The notes: generated by a model from the letters alone, not told the origin. Positions 1 through 9,249 are shown, counted from the first letter of the stretch. The stretch is 20,000 bases of DNA from an uncultured virus (IMG/VR IMGVR_UViG_3300027798_002855) (IMGVR_UViG_3300027798_002855), one strand, 5' to 3'. Translations and numbers: made by a program.

Positions 1-90
1 AAAGTTAATGGCACAAATATTTCTGCTGCTCTTCCTGGTCTTACATGGGGAGAAGTTAAGAACGGCAAGTCTGGTCTAACAATTAGTTAG
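1..90 (+). CDS. 3' end of an upstream gene (5'-truncated), function unknown
   Basis: Frame 1 is open from base 1 (KVNGTNISAALPGLTWGEVKNGKSGLTIS) to TAG at 88-90, followed by an AT-rich intergenic stretch. Confidence 0.65.
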   Translation, partial: KVNGTNISAALPGLTWGEVKNGKSGLTIS

Positions 91-184
91 ACTACTTTGC
101 AAAACTAAAAGTACTTAACCTTTACTTAAGACTAACTGTTTATAAAAACACTGTAAATTATAACTTTTCTTTATATAAACTTTG

Positions 185-193
185 TGGTATACT
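185..193 (+). promoter_or_regulatory. Extended -10 promoter (TGGTATACT) for the RNR gene
   Basis: TGn+TATACT in the intergenic region; same motif class recurs before seven other genes. Confidence 0.7.
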
Positions 194-255
194 AAACACT
201 ACTTTGCGATTTGTAAAGTTCTCATATTATTTCTTGTGGAAAGGTATTAAAACAA

Positions 256-2286
256 ATGTCAGATGTATTTTCTTTTCGTTTATTGGAAGAGTTTGTAGCC
301 AAATATAAGTCTATTGAGCCTCCCTTTGGATTTGCCGATGCAGGTAATAACTCTCTTGGTGAGATAACTTTTATTCGCACCTATTCAAGAATCAAAGACG
401 ATGGCACAAAAGAACGCTGGCATGAGGTTTGTAAGCGGGTAATTGAAGGAATGTACTCTGTTCAAAAAAACCACGCAAAAGAAAATCGTTTACCTTGGAA
501 TGACAATAAAGCACAGAAATCAGCCCAAGAAGCATATGACAGAATGTTTAATTTAAAATGGACTCCACCTGGACGTGGGCTATGGGCTTTTGGTACCCCC
601 ATGACAATGGAGAGACGCAATTCTGCGGCCCTGCAGAACTGCGCTATGGTTTCTACTAGGGACATTGATAGAAACGACCCTGGAGCCCTTTTTGGCTGGG
701 TTATGGATGCTCTGATGCTAGGGGTAGGAGTTGGTTTTGATACCCTTGGACAAGAAAAGGGTATGGAAATATACAAAACCCTATCAGAAGAAATAACATA
801 TGAAATACCAGATACTCGTGAAGGCTGGGTAGAGTCAGTAAGGCTTCTACTTAATTCCTATCTTAAAGCAAACCAGGCAAAAGTGGTTTTTGATTACTCC
901 AAGATCAGGCCTTTGGGTGCTCCGATTAAAGGATTTGGCGGTACCGCTTCAGGACCAGAGCCTTTGATAAAATTACATGAAACTATTCGCAAGGTTATTG
1001 GAGATAGAGCAGGAGATATTTTAGATTCTCGTGCAATTGTAGACATTGTTAATCTTATTGGAACTTGTGTAGTTGCTGGAAATGTTCGTCGTTCTGCTAC
1101 CCTCGCACTTGGTGCTCCAGCAGATAATAGTTTTATTAATTTAAAAAATGCAGAAGAATTTCCAGAGCGTAATTCTTTTGATCCAGAAAATCCAGGGTGG
1201 GCATGGATGAGCAATAACTCTATCGCAGCAGAAGTTGGAACTAAATACGAAGAGTACGTAGATTTAATTGCTGACAACGGAGAGCCAGGATTTATCTGGC
1301 TTGATGTTGCTCGCAATTATGGTCGTCTTGCAGATCCTGCAGATGGAAAAGACTATCGTGTTATGGGATTCAATCCTTGTGCTGAGCAGCCATTAGAGTC
1401 ATATGAACTCTGCACACTTGTAGAGGTGCATTTAAATCGTCACAAAGACAAAGAAGATTTTCTACGTACATTAAAGTTTGCATACCTTTATGGCAAAACC
1501 GTTACTCTTGTTCCTACACATTGGCAGATTACTAATGGCATTATGCAAAGAAACCGTCGTATTGGAACCTCTTTAACTGGCATTGCATCTTTCTCTGATG
1601 AAAATGGTTTGCCAACAGTTCGTGAATGGATGGATGAGGGATACAAAACAATTCGTAAATACGATCATGCATATTCTGAATGGCTATGTGTTCGTGAATC
1701 TGTTCGTGTGACCACAGTTAAACCATCGGGATCCGTATCTTTGCTTTCAGGTGCTACCCCTGGTGTTCACTGGGGTCCAGGAGGAAAGTATTTCCTTCGT
1801 GCAATTCGTTTTGGAAATACAGATCCAATGATTCATTTATTCAAAGCAGCGGGGTATAAAACAGAACCAGATCTAGTATCTGCAAATACAACTGTAGTAT
1901 ATTTCCCAGTTCATTCAGGACATGCAAGGTCTGAAAAAGATGTTACATTATTTGAAAAGATTGGCCTTGCTGCTACCACCCAAAAATATTGGTCTGATAA
2001 TGGAGTGTCTGTAACTTTGTCATTTGATAAAGAAACAGAAACAAAGCATGTCGCTCATGCTCTACACATGTATGAGGGACAGTTAAAGGCTGTATCATTT
2101 TTACCTATGGGCAACAAGACATATCCACAGCAGCCATATAGCCAAATCACAAAAGAAGAATATGATTCATATGTTGGCAAGATTAAGAAGATTAATTGGT
2201 CTGCTATCTATGACGGTGTTGACAATCTTGAGGCTATTGGAGAAAGTTACTGTACCACAGATGTCTGTGAGATTAAAATAGCGTAA
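256..2286 (+). CDS. nrdJ: Class II adenosylcobalamin-dependent ribonucleotide reductase, monomeric RTPR type
   Basis: 676 aa; PPGRGLW, LQNCAMVS (active-site Cys), GNVRRSA, GFNPCAEQPLESYELCTL (radical Cys/Glu and second redox Cys), TTVKPSGSVS, C-terminal CTTDVC redox pair; no ATP cone, no intein, no adjacent beta subunit. Confidence 0.95.
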   Translation: MSDVFSFRLLEEFVAKYKSIEPPFGFADAGNNSLGEITFIRTYSRIKDDGTKERWHEVCKRVIEGMYSVQKNHAKENRLPWNDNKAQKSAQEAYDRMFNLKWTPPGRGLWAFGTPMTMERRNSAALQNCAMVSTRDIDRNDPGALFGWVMDALMLGVGVGFDTLGQEKGMEIYKTLSEEITYEIPDTREGWVESVRLLLNSYLKANQAKVVFDYSKIRPLGAPIKGFGGTASGPEPLIKLHETIRKVIGDRAGDILDSRAIVDIVNLIGTCVVAGNVRRSATLALGAPADNSFINLKNAEEFPERNSFDPENPGWAWMSNNSIAAEVGTKYEEYVDLIADNGEPGFIWLDVARNYGRLADPADGKDYRVMGFNPCAEQPLESYELCTLVEVHLNRHKDKEDFLRTLKFAYLYGKTVTLVPTHWQITNGIMQRNRRIGTSLTGIASFSDENGLPTVREWMDEGYKTIRKYDHAYSEWLCVRESVRVTTVKPSGSVSLLSGATPGVHWGPGGKYFLRAIRFGNTDPMIHLFKAAGYKTEPDLVSANTTVVYFPVHSGHARSEKDVTLFEKIGLAATTQKYWSDNGVSVTLSFDKETETKHVAHALHMYEGQLKAVSFLPMGNKTYPQQPYSQITKEEYDSYVGKIKKINWSAIYDGVDNLEAIGESYCTTDVCEIKIA

Positions 2287-2287
2287 A

Positions 2288-2296
2288 TGCTATAAT
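2288..2296 (+). promoter_or_regulatory. Extended -10 promoter (TGCTATAAT); RBS AAGGAG follows at 2304-2309
   Basis: Perfect TGn-TATAAT immediately after the nrdJ stop codon. Confidence 0.75.
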
Positions 2297-2313
2297 AAAG
2301 GGTAAGGAGCAAT

Positions 2314-5300
2314 ATGTCCAACCCGTCAAATTTATATGCAGAAAAGGTGTTCTCAGAGCACCCCACGGTCCTGTGGGCATTAGACGACACTGCTGACTAC
2401 ATCAGTCTTATAACAGAGGCTCAACGAAGTTTTACTAGTTGGACTGTTACAAATGCAACTAGAAGCGTTGCTAATGCTCCATCTACCGAACCTTTTACGG
2501 ATAGTGTTGTTAATAAATTAGACTTTGTTATTCCAGCAAATACAAGTTTTCAGGTTACTTGCGTAAGTAGTGATCTCATTAATTTTTCAAATTTAAATTC
2601 TGATTATGCAACATTTTCTGTTGGTGGATATTTCTTTGACTCAACTGCAGTTTTAGATTCTGTAGAAATAGGATACGAATATACAGATACTACAACGGCT
2701 CAAAATGTTAGAAACCTAAATACCTTTGATACAAACCTTAACAATGCCTGGGGCTTTGTTTCTGGTACTTTTGAAACTCCCAATGAAAACACTACAATGA
2801 GGGCAGTTATAAAAGCAACATTTTCTGGTGGAGCATCAACATCCACCACTTCTTTTTATCTAAACGGAATAAGTTTAGGTCAATGGTCAGAAAATTTTAA
2901 TACTCAGTCCCTTGGTATTTCTGCTGCATCAATAACATCAGCAAACATTGCTATAGCAACAACAGAAGGAGTTGAGGCAGAGGCCTATGGACTAGGTTCT
3001 GAACATGGATATTATTTAGTTAATGATAGTGCTTTAGTTGCAAAAAATTCTAGTATTCCGATGGTGTTTGGTGCTTCTGGTGTAACAGTTTTAACTCCCA
3101 GCGCAACCAGTGAACCATCTTTGATTGTTCCAGGAAAAGGATTTTTAAACGAAGCGGGAAGACACAAGGAATATACTGTAGAGTTTTGGGCAAGAATAAA
3201 TTCTAGTACAACAACTCCTAAAAGAATATTTGGTCCAATTGCTTCTTCAGACGGTCTTTATGTAGAAAGTGGATTTTTAACTTTAGTAATTGGAAATCAA
3301 TTTGGATCTCATTTCGTTGGTGAGTGGTATAGGCCAATGCTAATTCATGTTCGTATTATTCGTAATAATGCAACGGTATTGGTAAATGGAGAAGAAGTAA
3401 TAAGCCTAAGCATATCAACAGACACTATGATTTTGCCAGATATACTAAATAACTCAGATGAGGAGCAGGACTGGCTTGGTTTTTATGCATATGAAGATGT
3501 TACACCAATAGAGATTGACTGTGTTGCAATATATTCTTATCAGGTCCCACTGCCAGTTGCAAAACGAAGATGGGTTTATGGGCAAGGAGTTCTTTCTCCA
3601 GAGGGAATTAATTCTGCATACGGTGGAACATCTGCTTTTATTGACTATCCTTTTGCAGACTATACAGCAAACTATACCTATCCAGATTTTGCAAATTGGA
3701 ATCAAGGATCTTTTGATAATTTAATTACATCTGATACCTATATCAGCACTCCAAACTATCAGCTTCCAAACATTTTTATTGATGAAGAAGTCTTACAGGA
3801 CCTATATGATGATAACCAAAACATTCAGGCTGGAAGCAATAAATTTATAACATTTAGACCAACGACAAGTTGGAACTCTGTTCATGCATATTACAACTTT
3901 CCCAACTTTAACGTTTTAAATGAAGAAGTCAAGGCAGTTTACGGAGTATTTAGCCACGACGATGTAACCTCAATTAATCAAACACTTTTTAAGATTTACA
4001 ACAAGACTAATGGGAATTATTTCCAGGTAGTTCAAGATGATAATCAATTAATATACAGCCTAACTCACAATGGGGCAAGTACTTCGCTTTATACATATAA
4101 CACAATATCGGTAGATCAGATATTTGCAGTTGGAATTAATATTCCAGATTTGGTTTCTAGGTTTGGCGGTAACGTTGCATCATTTTTTGGTAATCGTAAT
4201 GGACTAGAATTGTATGTGGCAGGAGATAATACCGCAGCAAATACATTTGAGGGCAATTTGTATTCTTTTGGTTTTTGCACTGCTTTAAATGCCGACGAAG
4301 CAGATGGTTATTTTAGTAATGGTTTTGCGGCTGTAACATCTGGTCAAGATTTAATAGATTTTACAGCAAGTTATACTCTTTTACCAACTGAGGCTTATGA
4401 CACATATTTCTTAGATATTGGAGTTGCTGGGTACTGGGAAGACTATTTGCCACTTTCTTATTTTGCACAGTTTGTTGAAAACGATAGAGGAGAAACCTAT
4501 TACGACTTAGACTTTTTGCAGTTTAATATTGGATATCCAAAACCATCAGAATTGTTAGAGCAGGCATCAACAAGTGCATTTACCTATCAACAACTAAAAG
4601 ATGATTATGAATATCCTGTTCAAAGAACTTATAGTCAATTGGACAACTACTTATTTACTGGCTGGGAAAACTATCAGCAAATGATAGGTAGGACAGAAAA
4701 ATATTACGAATATGATACAGAGGATGCTTCAATCAGAAGTTTTGTTACCTTCCAGTATGTGGAATTGGGAGCAAATGCGCCAAGGGGAGACTTTACAACA
4801 AGAACAGCAAGAGAAGGATCAATAATTGATATTGACAATTTTACAAATTGGCCAAGCACAAAATTTGAGGTTGTTGACAATACTTTAATTTATCCATCAA
4901 AGAGTATAGATTTCAATCAACTAGCAGTTGTATATCATTTAGACTTTAATATTCGTGGAATCTTAAGGAAGCCTATTAGACTTAGAAGGCTAGAATTGGC
5001 ATCTCAATCATTTAATAATAACTCATTTAATCCAGTAGGAACAAGATTTGGTGTAGATATATTTCCATACAAACGTTCTGGAATTTATTACGATTACAAG
5101 GCAAAAAATCCTTTTAGTATTTATAAAGGCAGCACCCCTTATCTTTACATGACAAGAACTTCTGGAATACAGGTTCGTGGAGACTATGATCCGTTAGTAA
5201 ACAGGGGACTTGCTATTCCTATTAATCCAAATACCGCCGATGATTATCGTATCAGCGCAGTACAGATGTGGTTAAGATATGATGAAAGGCAGTTTCCAGA

Positions 5301-5892
5301 AGCTCCAGTAGAGTTGTTTGAAATAGAATATCGTTCTGATACTATTAAATTTTATTTTGTTGCGGATAGCGAAACTGGAGATCGTGCAAGAATATACGCC
5401 CTGAGTTTAGAAACAGGCGAATCTTATGACGGCATATCGTATTATTGGAATGGTACCCTTGTTAGGGAGCCAGTTTTAACAAGAAACGAATGGGGAGTTT
5501 TGGGCATAGGATTTTCTAATGCATTAAACTTTGATCTATATCTTGGCGGTATTAATCTAAACGGACCACTTGTATTTAACAACATAGCATACTATCAGGC
5601 TAATAATCTACAACAAGTTCAGAGTACCCTTACCAGACCATGGCAGCAAGTAATAACAGATGGTGCAACCAACTTCCAATGGGAGTACTGGCTTAATTCT
5701 TCAACATGGCAAGGCGTTCTTGTTATTGGATCCTCAGAACTTTATGGCGTAAACCCAAGCGATGTTTATAAAACATATATTGGAACTAATAAGATTATTT
5801 TTGATGATGAAGAGGGCTTGACCGTAGATGCAGATAAAATAAAGGTCTATACCGATACAGTTTGGACAATTAGGGTCGGTACACCAGTATAA
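2314..5892 (+). CDS. Large putative virion protein with LamG/concanavalin A-like and carbohydrate-binding-like beta-sandwich domains
   Basis: 1192 aa, rich in Ser/Thr/Asn/aromatics; N-terminal YAEKVFSEHPTVLWALDD and later YTVEFWARI...NNATVLVNGEEV...IDCVAIYSY resemble Laminin_G_3 signatures; good RBS. Confidence 0.65.
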   Translation: MSNPSNLYAEKVFSEHPTVLWALDDTADYISLITEAQRSFTSWTVTNATRSVANAPSTEPFTDSVVNKLDFVIPANTSFQVTCVSSDLINFSNLNSDYATFSVGGYFFDSTAVLDSVEIGYEYTDTTTAQNVRNLNTFDTNLNNAWGFVSGTFETPNENTTMRAVIKATFSGGASTSTTSFYLNGISLGQWSENFNTQSLGISAASITSANIAIATTEGVEAEAYGLGSEHGYYLVNDSALVAKNSSIPMVFGASGVTVLTPSATSEPSLIVPGKGFLNEAGRHKEYTVEFWARINSSTTTPKRIFGPIASSDGLYVESGFLTLVIGNQFGSHFVGEWYRPMLIHVRIIRNNATVLVNGEEVISLSISTDTMILPDILNNSDEEQDWLGFYAYEDVTPIEIDCVAIYSYQVPLPVAKRRWVYGQGVLSPEGINSAYGGTSAFIDYPFADYTANYTYPDFANWNQGSFDNLITSDTYISTPNYQLPNIFIDEEVLQDLYDDNQNIQAGSNKFITFRPTTSWNSVHAYYNFPNFNVLNEEVKAVYGVFSHDDVTSINQTLFKIYNKTNGNYFQVVQDDNQLIYSLTHNGASTSLYTYNTISVDQIFAVGINIPDLVSRFGGNVASFFGNRNGLELYVAGDNTAANTFEGNLYSFGFCTALNADEADGYFSNGFAAVTSGQDLIDFTASYTLLPTEAYDTYFLDIGVAGYWEDYLPLSYFAQFVENDRGETYYDLDFLQFNIGYPKPSELLEQASTSAFTYQQLKDDYEYPVQRTYSQLDNYLFTGWENYQQMIGRTEKYYEYDTEDASIRSFVTFQYVELGANAPRGDFTTRTAREGSIIDIDNFTNWPSTKFEVVDNTLIYPSKSIDFNQLAVVYHLDFNIRGILRKPIRLRRLELASQSFNNNSFNPVGTRFGVDIFPYKRSGIYYDYKAKNPFSIYKGSTPYLYMTRTSGIQVRGDYDPLVNRGLAIPINPNTADDYRISAVQMWLRYDERQFPEAPVELFEIEYRSDTIKFYFVADSETGDRARIYALSLETGESYDGISYYWNGTLVREPVLTRNEWGVLGIGFSNALNFDLYLGGINLNGPLVFNNIAYYQANNLQQVQSTLTRPWQQVITDGATNFQWEYWLNSSTWQGVLVIGSSELYGVNPSDVYKTYIGTNKIIFDDEEGLTVDADKIKVYTDTVWTIRVGTPV

Positions 5893-5894
5893 TC

Positions 5895-5903
5895 TGCTAT
5901 ACT
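5895..5903 (+). promoter_or_regulatory. Extended -10 promoter (TGCTATACT), probably giving a leaderless mRNA starting at ATG 5911
   Basis: 7 nt separate the -10 hexamer from ATG 5911; no Shine-Dalgarno is present. Confidence 0.7.
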
Positions 5904-5910
5904 TATGGAT

Positions 5911-6294
5911 ATGAATAGCGAAAAAATCCCAAAAGTTGGTAATGTAAGGCGCAAAGTCATAGAAAAAAACTATGATTGGGGTCTTTATGTGTATAAAAAA
6001 TCTAATGGCAAGTGGTTTACAGATGGCCAGGGTAGCGTATTAAACGTTCCAGCCATGCGTGGAGACATATCAAAGATATCAGAACTTAAGAAGGCGGCCA
6101 TGTATTATGGCGATGAGGGTGACGGAGAATGCATATTTGTCCCTGGACTTAACAGGGTATCAGAAGAGCAGTATTCAGAAATGAAAGATAGAATGGCGCA
6201 AGGACTTATTCCAAATGTTAATGACCTTGGTGCTGTTTATGATGCACAGCAAACTTTAAAGAAACACGGAAGAGACGCATACGACAATGAATGA
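5911..6294 (+). CDS. Hypothetical protein directly upstream of and overlapping the portal gene (127 aa; ORF track start 5905)
   Basis: Open frame with an 8-nt overlap into the portal start; start moved to 5911 because ATG 5905 lies only 1 nt after the -10 element. Confidence 0.8.
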   Translation: MNSEKIPKVGNVRRKVIEKNYDWGLYVYKKSNGKWFTDGQGSVLNVPAMRGDISKISELKKAAMYYGDEGDGECIFVPGLNRVSEEQYSEMKDRMAQGLIPNVNDLGAVYDAQQTLKKHGRDAYDNE

Positions 6295-7888
6295 GAATTT
6301 TGATTACATATCAGCCAGTTTAAATACTCAAATTAAAGATCCAACTCCTTTTGCAAATATGGATCCTTTTACTAAATCTTGGGATGAACTTAAAGGCTTG
6401 AATGGTATTGACAATAACTTTAGACGCAGAACAAGTAGAAGCATTACAAAGGTTGCATCAGAAAGTCCAGCATATCTTGACTCTGCTAGTGCGACACCCT
6501 CTGGCGATGACTCAAAATCAAAACAAATAAATCCTGGCACGGTATACAGAAACGGCTATGGATTATTTGATGTAATTACCCCGCCATACAACATGTATGA
6601 GTTGGCAAACTTCTATGATACAAACTTTGCTAATCATGCTGCTATCGATGCAAAGGTAGAAAATGTTGTAGGTCTTGGATACCGATTTGATATTACAGAT
6701 CGCACAATGCTCAGTTTTGAAATGAGCGATGATGATGGTAGAGTAGAAAGAGCAAGAAACAGAATTGAACGAGCAAAGATTATGCTTCGTGATTGGCTAG
6801 AAGATCTTAATGACGATGATTCTTTTACAACTACAATGGAAAAGGTTTATACGGACTTACAGTCTACTGGAAATGGATTTCTTGAAGTTGGTCGTAAAGT
6901 AAATGGAGAGATTGGCTATCTTGGTCACATTCCTGCTACGACTATCCGTGTTCGTCGTTTAAAAGATGGTTTCGTACAGATTATTGGAAGTAAGATGGTT
7001 TACTTTAGAAACTTTGGTGCTAGAAATGCCAACCCGATTACATCTGACGGAAGACCAAACGAGATTATTCATCTAAAACAATATTCTCCACTAAATACAT
7101 TCTATGGTATTCCTGACATCCTTTCAGCAATGCCTTCGCTAATTGGAGACCAGTTGGCATCTCAATACAACATTGATTACTTTGAAAATAAGGCTGTTCC
7201 ACGATATGTTATTACAGTAAAGGGCGCTAAGTTATCTGCTGATGCAGAAGACAAGATGTTTAGATTTCTTCAAACAGGACTTAAGTCTCAGTCTCACAGA
7301 ACTCTATACATTCCTCTTCCTGGAGATACAGACAACAACAAGGTTGAGTTTAAAATGGAGCCAATTGAAAACGGTATTCAAGAAGGTTCATTTAAAGAAT
7401 ATCGTAAACAAAATCGTGATGACATTTTGATTGCTCATCAGGTTCCAATTTCTAAACTTGGTGGGTCTGATTCTTCTGGTATTGCTGCTGCTATTTCTCA
7501 AGACCGCACTTTTAAAGAGCAGGTCTCTAGACCAGCACAAAGATATCTAGAGAAGATGGTAAATAAGATTGTTAAAGAAAAGACTGATATTTTAGAGTTA
7601 AAATTCAACGAGTTAACTCTTACAGACGAAATAGCACAGTCTCAAATTCTTGAGCGGTATGTAAAAACTCAAGTAATGACTCCAAACGAGGCTCGTGAGA
7701 AGTTAGATCTTCCACAGCGTTCAGATGGGGATGTTCCATTTGTTATGAGTCCAAGACAGGCTACTGACGCTAGAGCAGATTTGGCAGGGAATCGACAAAG
7801 AGATACAGAAAGAACAAATAATAACTCTGACTCCCCATCCACAATCGCTGGCCGTAATCCACAGGGTGAGGGCCGTTCATCCACATAA
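6287..7888 (+). CDS. Phage portal protein (HK97/PBSX-like family)
   Basis: 533 aa; DLQSTGNGFLEV, LGHIPATTIRV, NEIIHLKQYSPLNTFYGIP, YFENKAVP, VMTPNEAREKLDLP are typical portal motifs; sits before protease and capsid genes. Confidence 0.93.
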   Translation: MNENFDYISASLNTQIKDPTPFANMDPFTKSWDELKGLNGIDNNFRRRTSRSITKVASESPAYLDSASATPSGDDSKSKQINPGTVYRNGYGLFDVITPPYNMYELANFYDTNFANHAAIDAKVENVVGLGYRFDITDRTMLSFEMSDDDGRVERARNRIERAKIMLRDWLEDLNDDDSFTTTMEKVYTDLQSTGNGFLEVGRKVNGEIGYLGHIPATTIRVRRLKDGFVQIIGSKMVYFRNFGARNANPITSDGRPNEIIHLKQYSPLNTFYGIPDILSAMPSLIGDQLASQYNIDYFENKAVPRYVITVKGAKLSADAEDKMFRFLQTGLKSQSHRTLYIPLPGDTDNNKVEFKMEPIENGIQEGSFKEYRKQNRDDILIAHQVPISKLGGSDSSGIAAAISQDRTFKEQVSRPAQRYLEKMVNKIVKEKTDILELKFNELTLTDEIAQSQILERYVKTQVMTPNEAREKLDLPQRSDGDVPFVMSPRQATDARADLAGNRQRDTERTNNNSDSPSTIAGRNPQGEGRSST

Positions 7889-7920
7889 TATCCACATAGT
7901 GATATAAACTAGTGATATAA
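7877..7920 (+). repeat. Two pairs of short direct repeats: ATCCACATA (7879-7887, 7890-7898) and TAGTGATATAA (7897-7907, 7910-7920)
   Basis: Read directly from the portal/protease junction. Confidence 0.85.
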
Positions 7921-7921
7921 T
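7913..7921 (+). promoter_or_regulatory. Extended -10 promoter (TGATATAAT) for the protease-scaffold-capsid unit
   Basis: TGn-TATAAT with 9 nt between it and ATG 7931; no clear SD. Confidence 0.7.
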
Positions 7922-7930
7922 TGGGAAACA

Positions 7931-9226
7931 ATGATTATGAACAAAGCACAATGGACTACAAGTGGCGATAGCGTTCGTTTTTCAATGCCTATTGGCAAAA
8001 TTGATCAAGAACGTCGTATCGTTTCAGGTTTTGCAACATTAGATAATATTGACAAGCAAAACGATATCGTAACTACTGAAGCAAGTATAACTGCTTTTAA
8101 GAAGTTCCGTGGCAATCTTCGTGAAATGCATCAACCAAGTGCTGTTGGCAAAGTTGTTTCTTTTAAAGAGGATCGTTATTTTGATCCAGAAACAAAAAAG
8201 TTTTACAGCGGAGTTTATGTTTCGGCATACGTCTCCAAAGGCGCACAAGACACTTGGGAAAAGGTTCTTGATGGAACACTGACTGGTTTTTCAATTGGTG
8301 GAAACATTACTAAATCTGATGATGAGTTTAACAAAGAACTTGATAAGCCTGTGCGTATAATTAAAGAGTATCAACTGCATGAGTTATCTCTTGTAGACAA
8401 CCCTGCTAATGAATTTGCTAATGTCCTCTCAATTGAAAAGGGAGAACTTAGCGGGTACTTAGCAAAAACAGAAATTGAAAATGTTTTCTGGGATCAAGAT
8501 AGTGATATTGTTTTAATATCTTCTTCTGAAACAGAAATAAGCCCAAACTCTGGAAAGCCAATGAAGAACATTGGTTTTGTAGAGAAATCAGATTCTGATA
8601 ATGCAGAAAAAATAAAGTTCTTAGTTGATAGTGCAAAAGGCATTAGAACAATTAAGATGACAAAGGAGGATAATCCTATGACAGAAGAAACACAAGTTGT
8701 TGCAGAGGCACCAGCCGATGCAGCACCAGTCGTTGAAAATGTTGAGGTTGCTCCAGAGGCTACAGCAGAAGTCGTAGTAGAACCAGAAGTAGTTGCTCCA
8801 GAAGCACCTGCTGATGCTGAAATTGCTAAGACCGATGAAGTTGCTCCTTCAACAGAAGAAGTTGTAGAGAAGAAAGAAGATGTTGTTACAGATATCGCCA
8901 AAGATGTAACAGATATTAAAGATTCTCTAACTAATGCCTTGAGCAGTCTAGCAGAAACCGTTAAGTCACTTCAGGTTAACGTTGATGCAATAACAAAGTC
9001 CCTTGAAACAGTTACAGGCGAAGTAAAGTCTGTAGCAGGTGAGGTCAAAGAAGTAAAGGGTTCTTTTGATGAGTTTGGAAAGCGAGTAGATCTTGTAGAA
9101 AAAGATACTGCTTTCCGCAAGTCTGGCGATCTAGGCGAGATCGTACAGGAGTTCCCAGAAATGAGAACTCAAAAATCCCTATGGGGCGGACGTTTCCTCA
9201 CAAATGCCGACCTATTCAACAACTAA
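7931..9226 (+). CDS. HK97-family prohead (maturation) protease fused to a C-terminal scaffold region
   Basis: RIVSGFATLDNIDKQNDIV, LREMHQ (His), GFSIGG (Ser), ELSLVDNPAN match the HK97-type protease; the C-terminal part is an acidic E/A/V/P-rich stretch followed by a coiled-coil-like region. Confidence 0.9.
   Translation: MIMNKAQWTTSGDSVRFSMPIGKIDQERRIVSGFATLDNIDKQNDIVTTEASITAFKKFRGNLREMHQPSAVGKVVSFKEDRYFDPETKKFYSGVYVSAYVSKGAQDTWEKVLDGTLTGFSIGGNITKSDDEFNKELDKPVRIIKEYQLHELSLVDNPANEFANVLSIEKGELSGYLAKTEIENVFWDQDSDIVLISSSETEISPNSGKPMKNIGFVEKSDSDNAEKIKFLVDSAKGIRTIKMTKEDNPMTEETQVVAEAPADAAPVVENVEVAPEATAEVVVEPEVVAPEAPADAEIAKTDEVAPSTEEVVEKKEDVVTDIAKDVTDIKDSLTNALSSLAETVKSLQVNVDAITKSLETVTGEVKSVAGEVKEVKGSFDEFGKRVDLVEKDTAFRKSGDLGEIVQEFPEMRTQKSLWGGRFLTNADLFNN
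8678..9226 (+). CDS. Nested in-frame scaffolding protein (182 aa, MTEETQVVAEAP...)
   Basis: Strong SD AAGGAGG at 8663-8669, 8 nt before in-frame ATG 8678, at the boundary where composition turns scaffold-like. Confidence 0.75.
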   Translation: MTEETQVVAEAPADAAPVVENVEVAPEATAEVVVEPEVVAPEAPADAEIAKTDEVAPSTEEVVEKKEDVVTDIAKDVTDIKDSLTNALSSLAETVKSLQVNVDAITKSLETVTGEVKSVAGEVKEVKGSFDEFGKRVDLVEKDTAFRKSGDLGEIVQEFPEMRTQKSLWGGRFLTNADLFNN

Positions 9227-9249
9227 AAAACCAAATGGAGGTGAACAAT

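Noticed and set aside
91..255. Cobalamin riboswitch or NrdR boxes upstream of nrdJ
   Set aside because: The predicted leader is only ~55 nt and AT-rich with no B12-box; NrdR-like 16-mers (196-211, 224-239) miss conserved positions and lack the usual 31-32 bp spacing
9181..9249. N-terminal extension of the capsid ORF as given in the track
   Set aside because: Overlaps the scaffold 3' end; the strong SD points to ATG 9250
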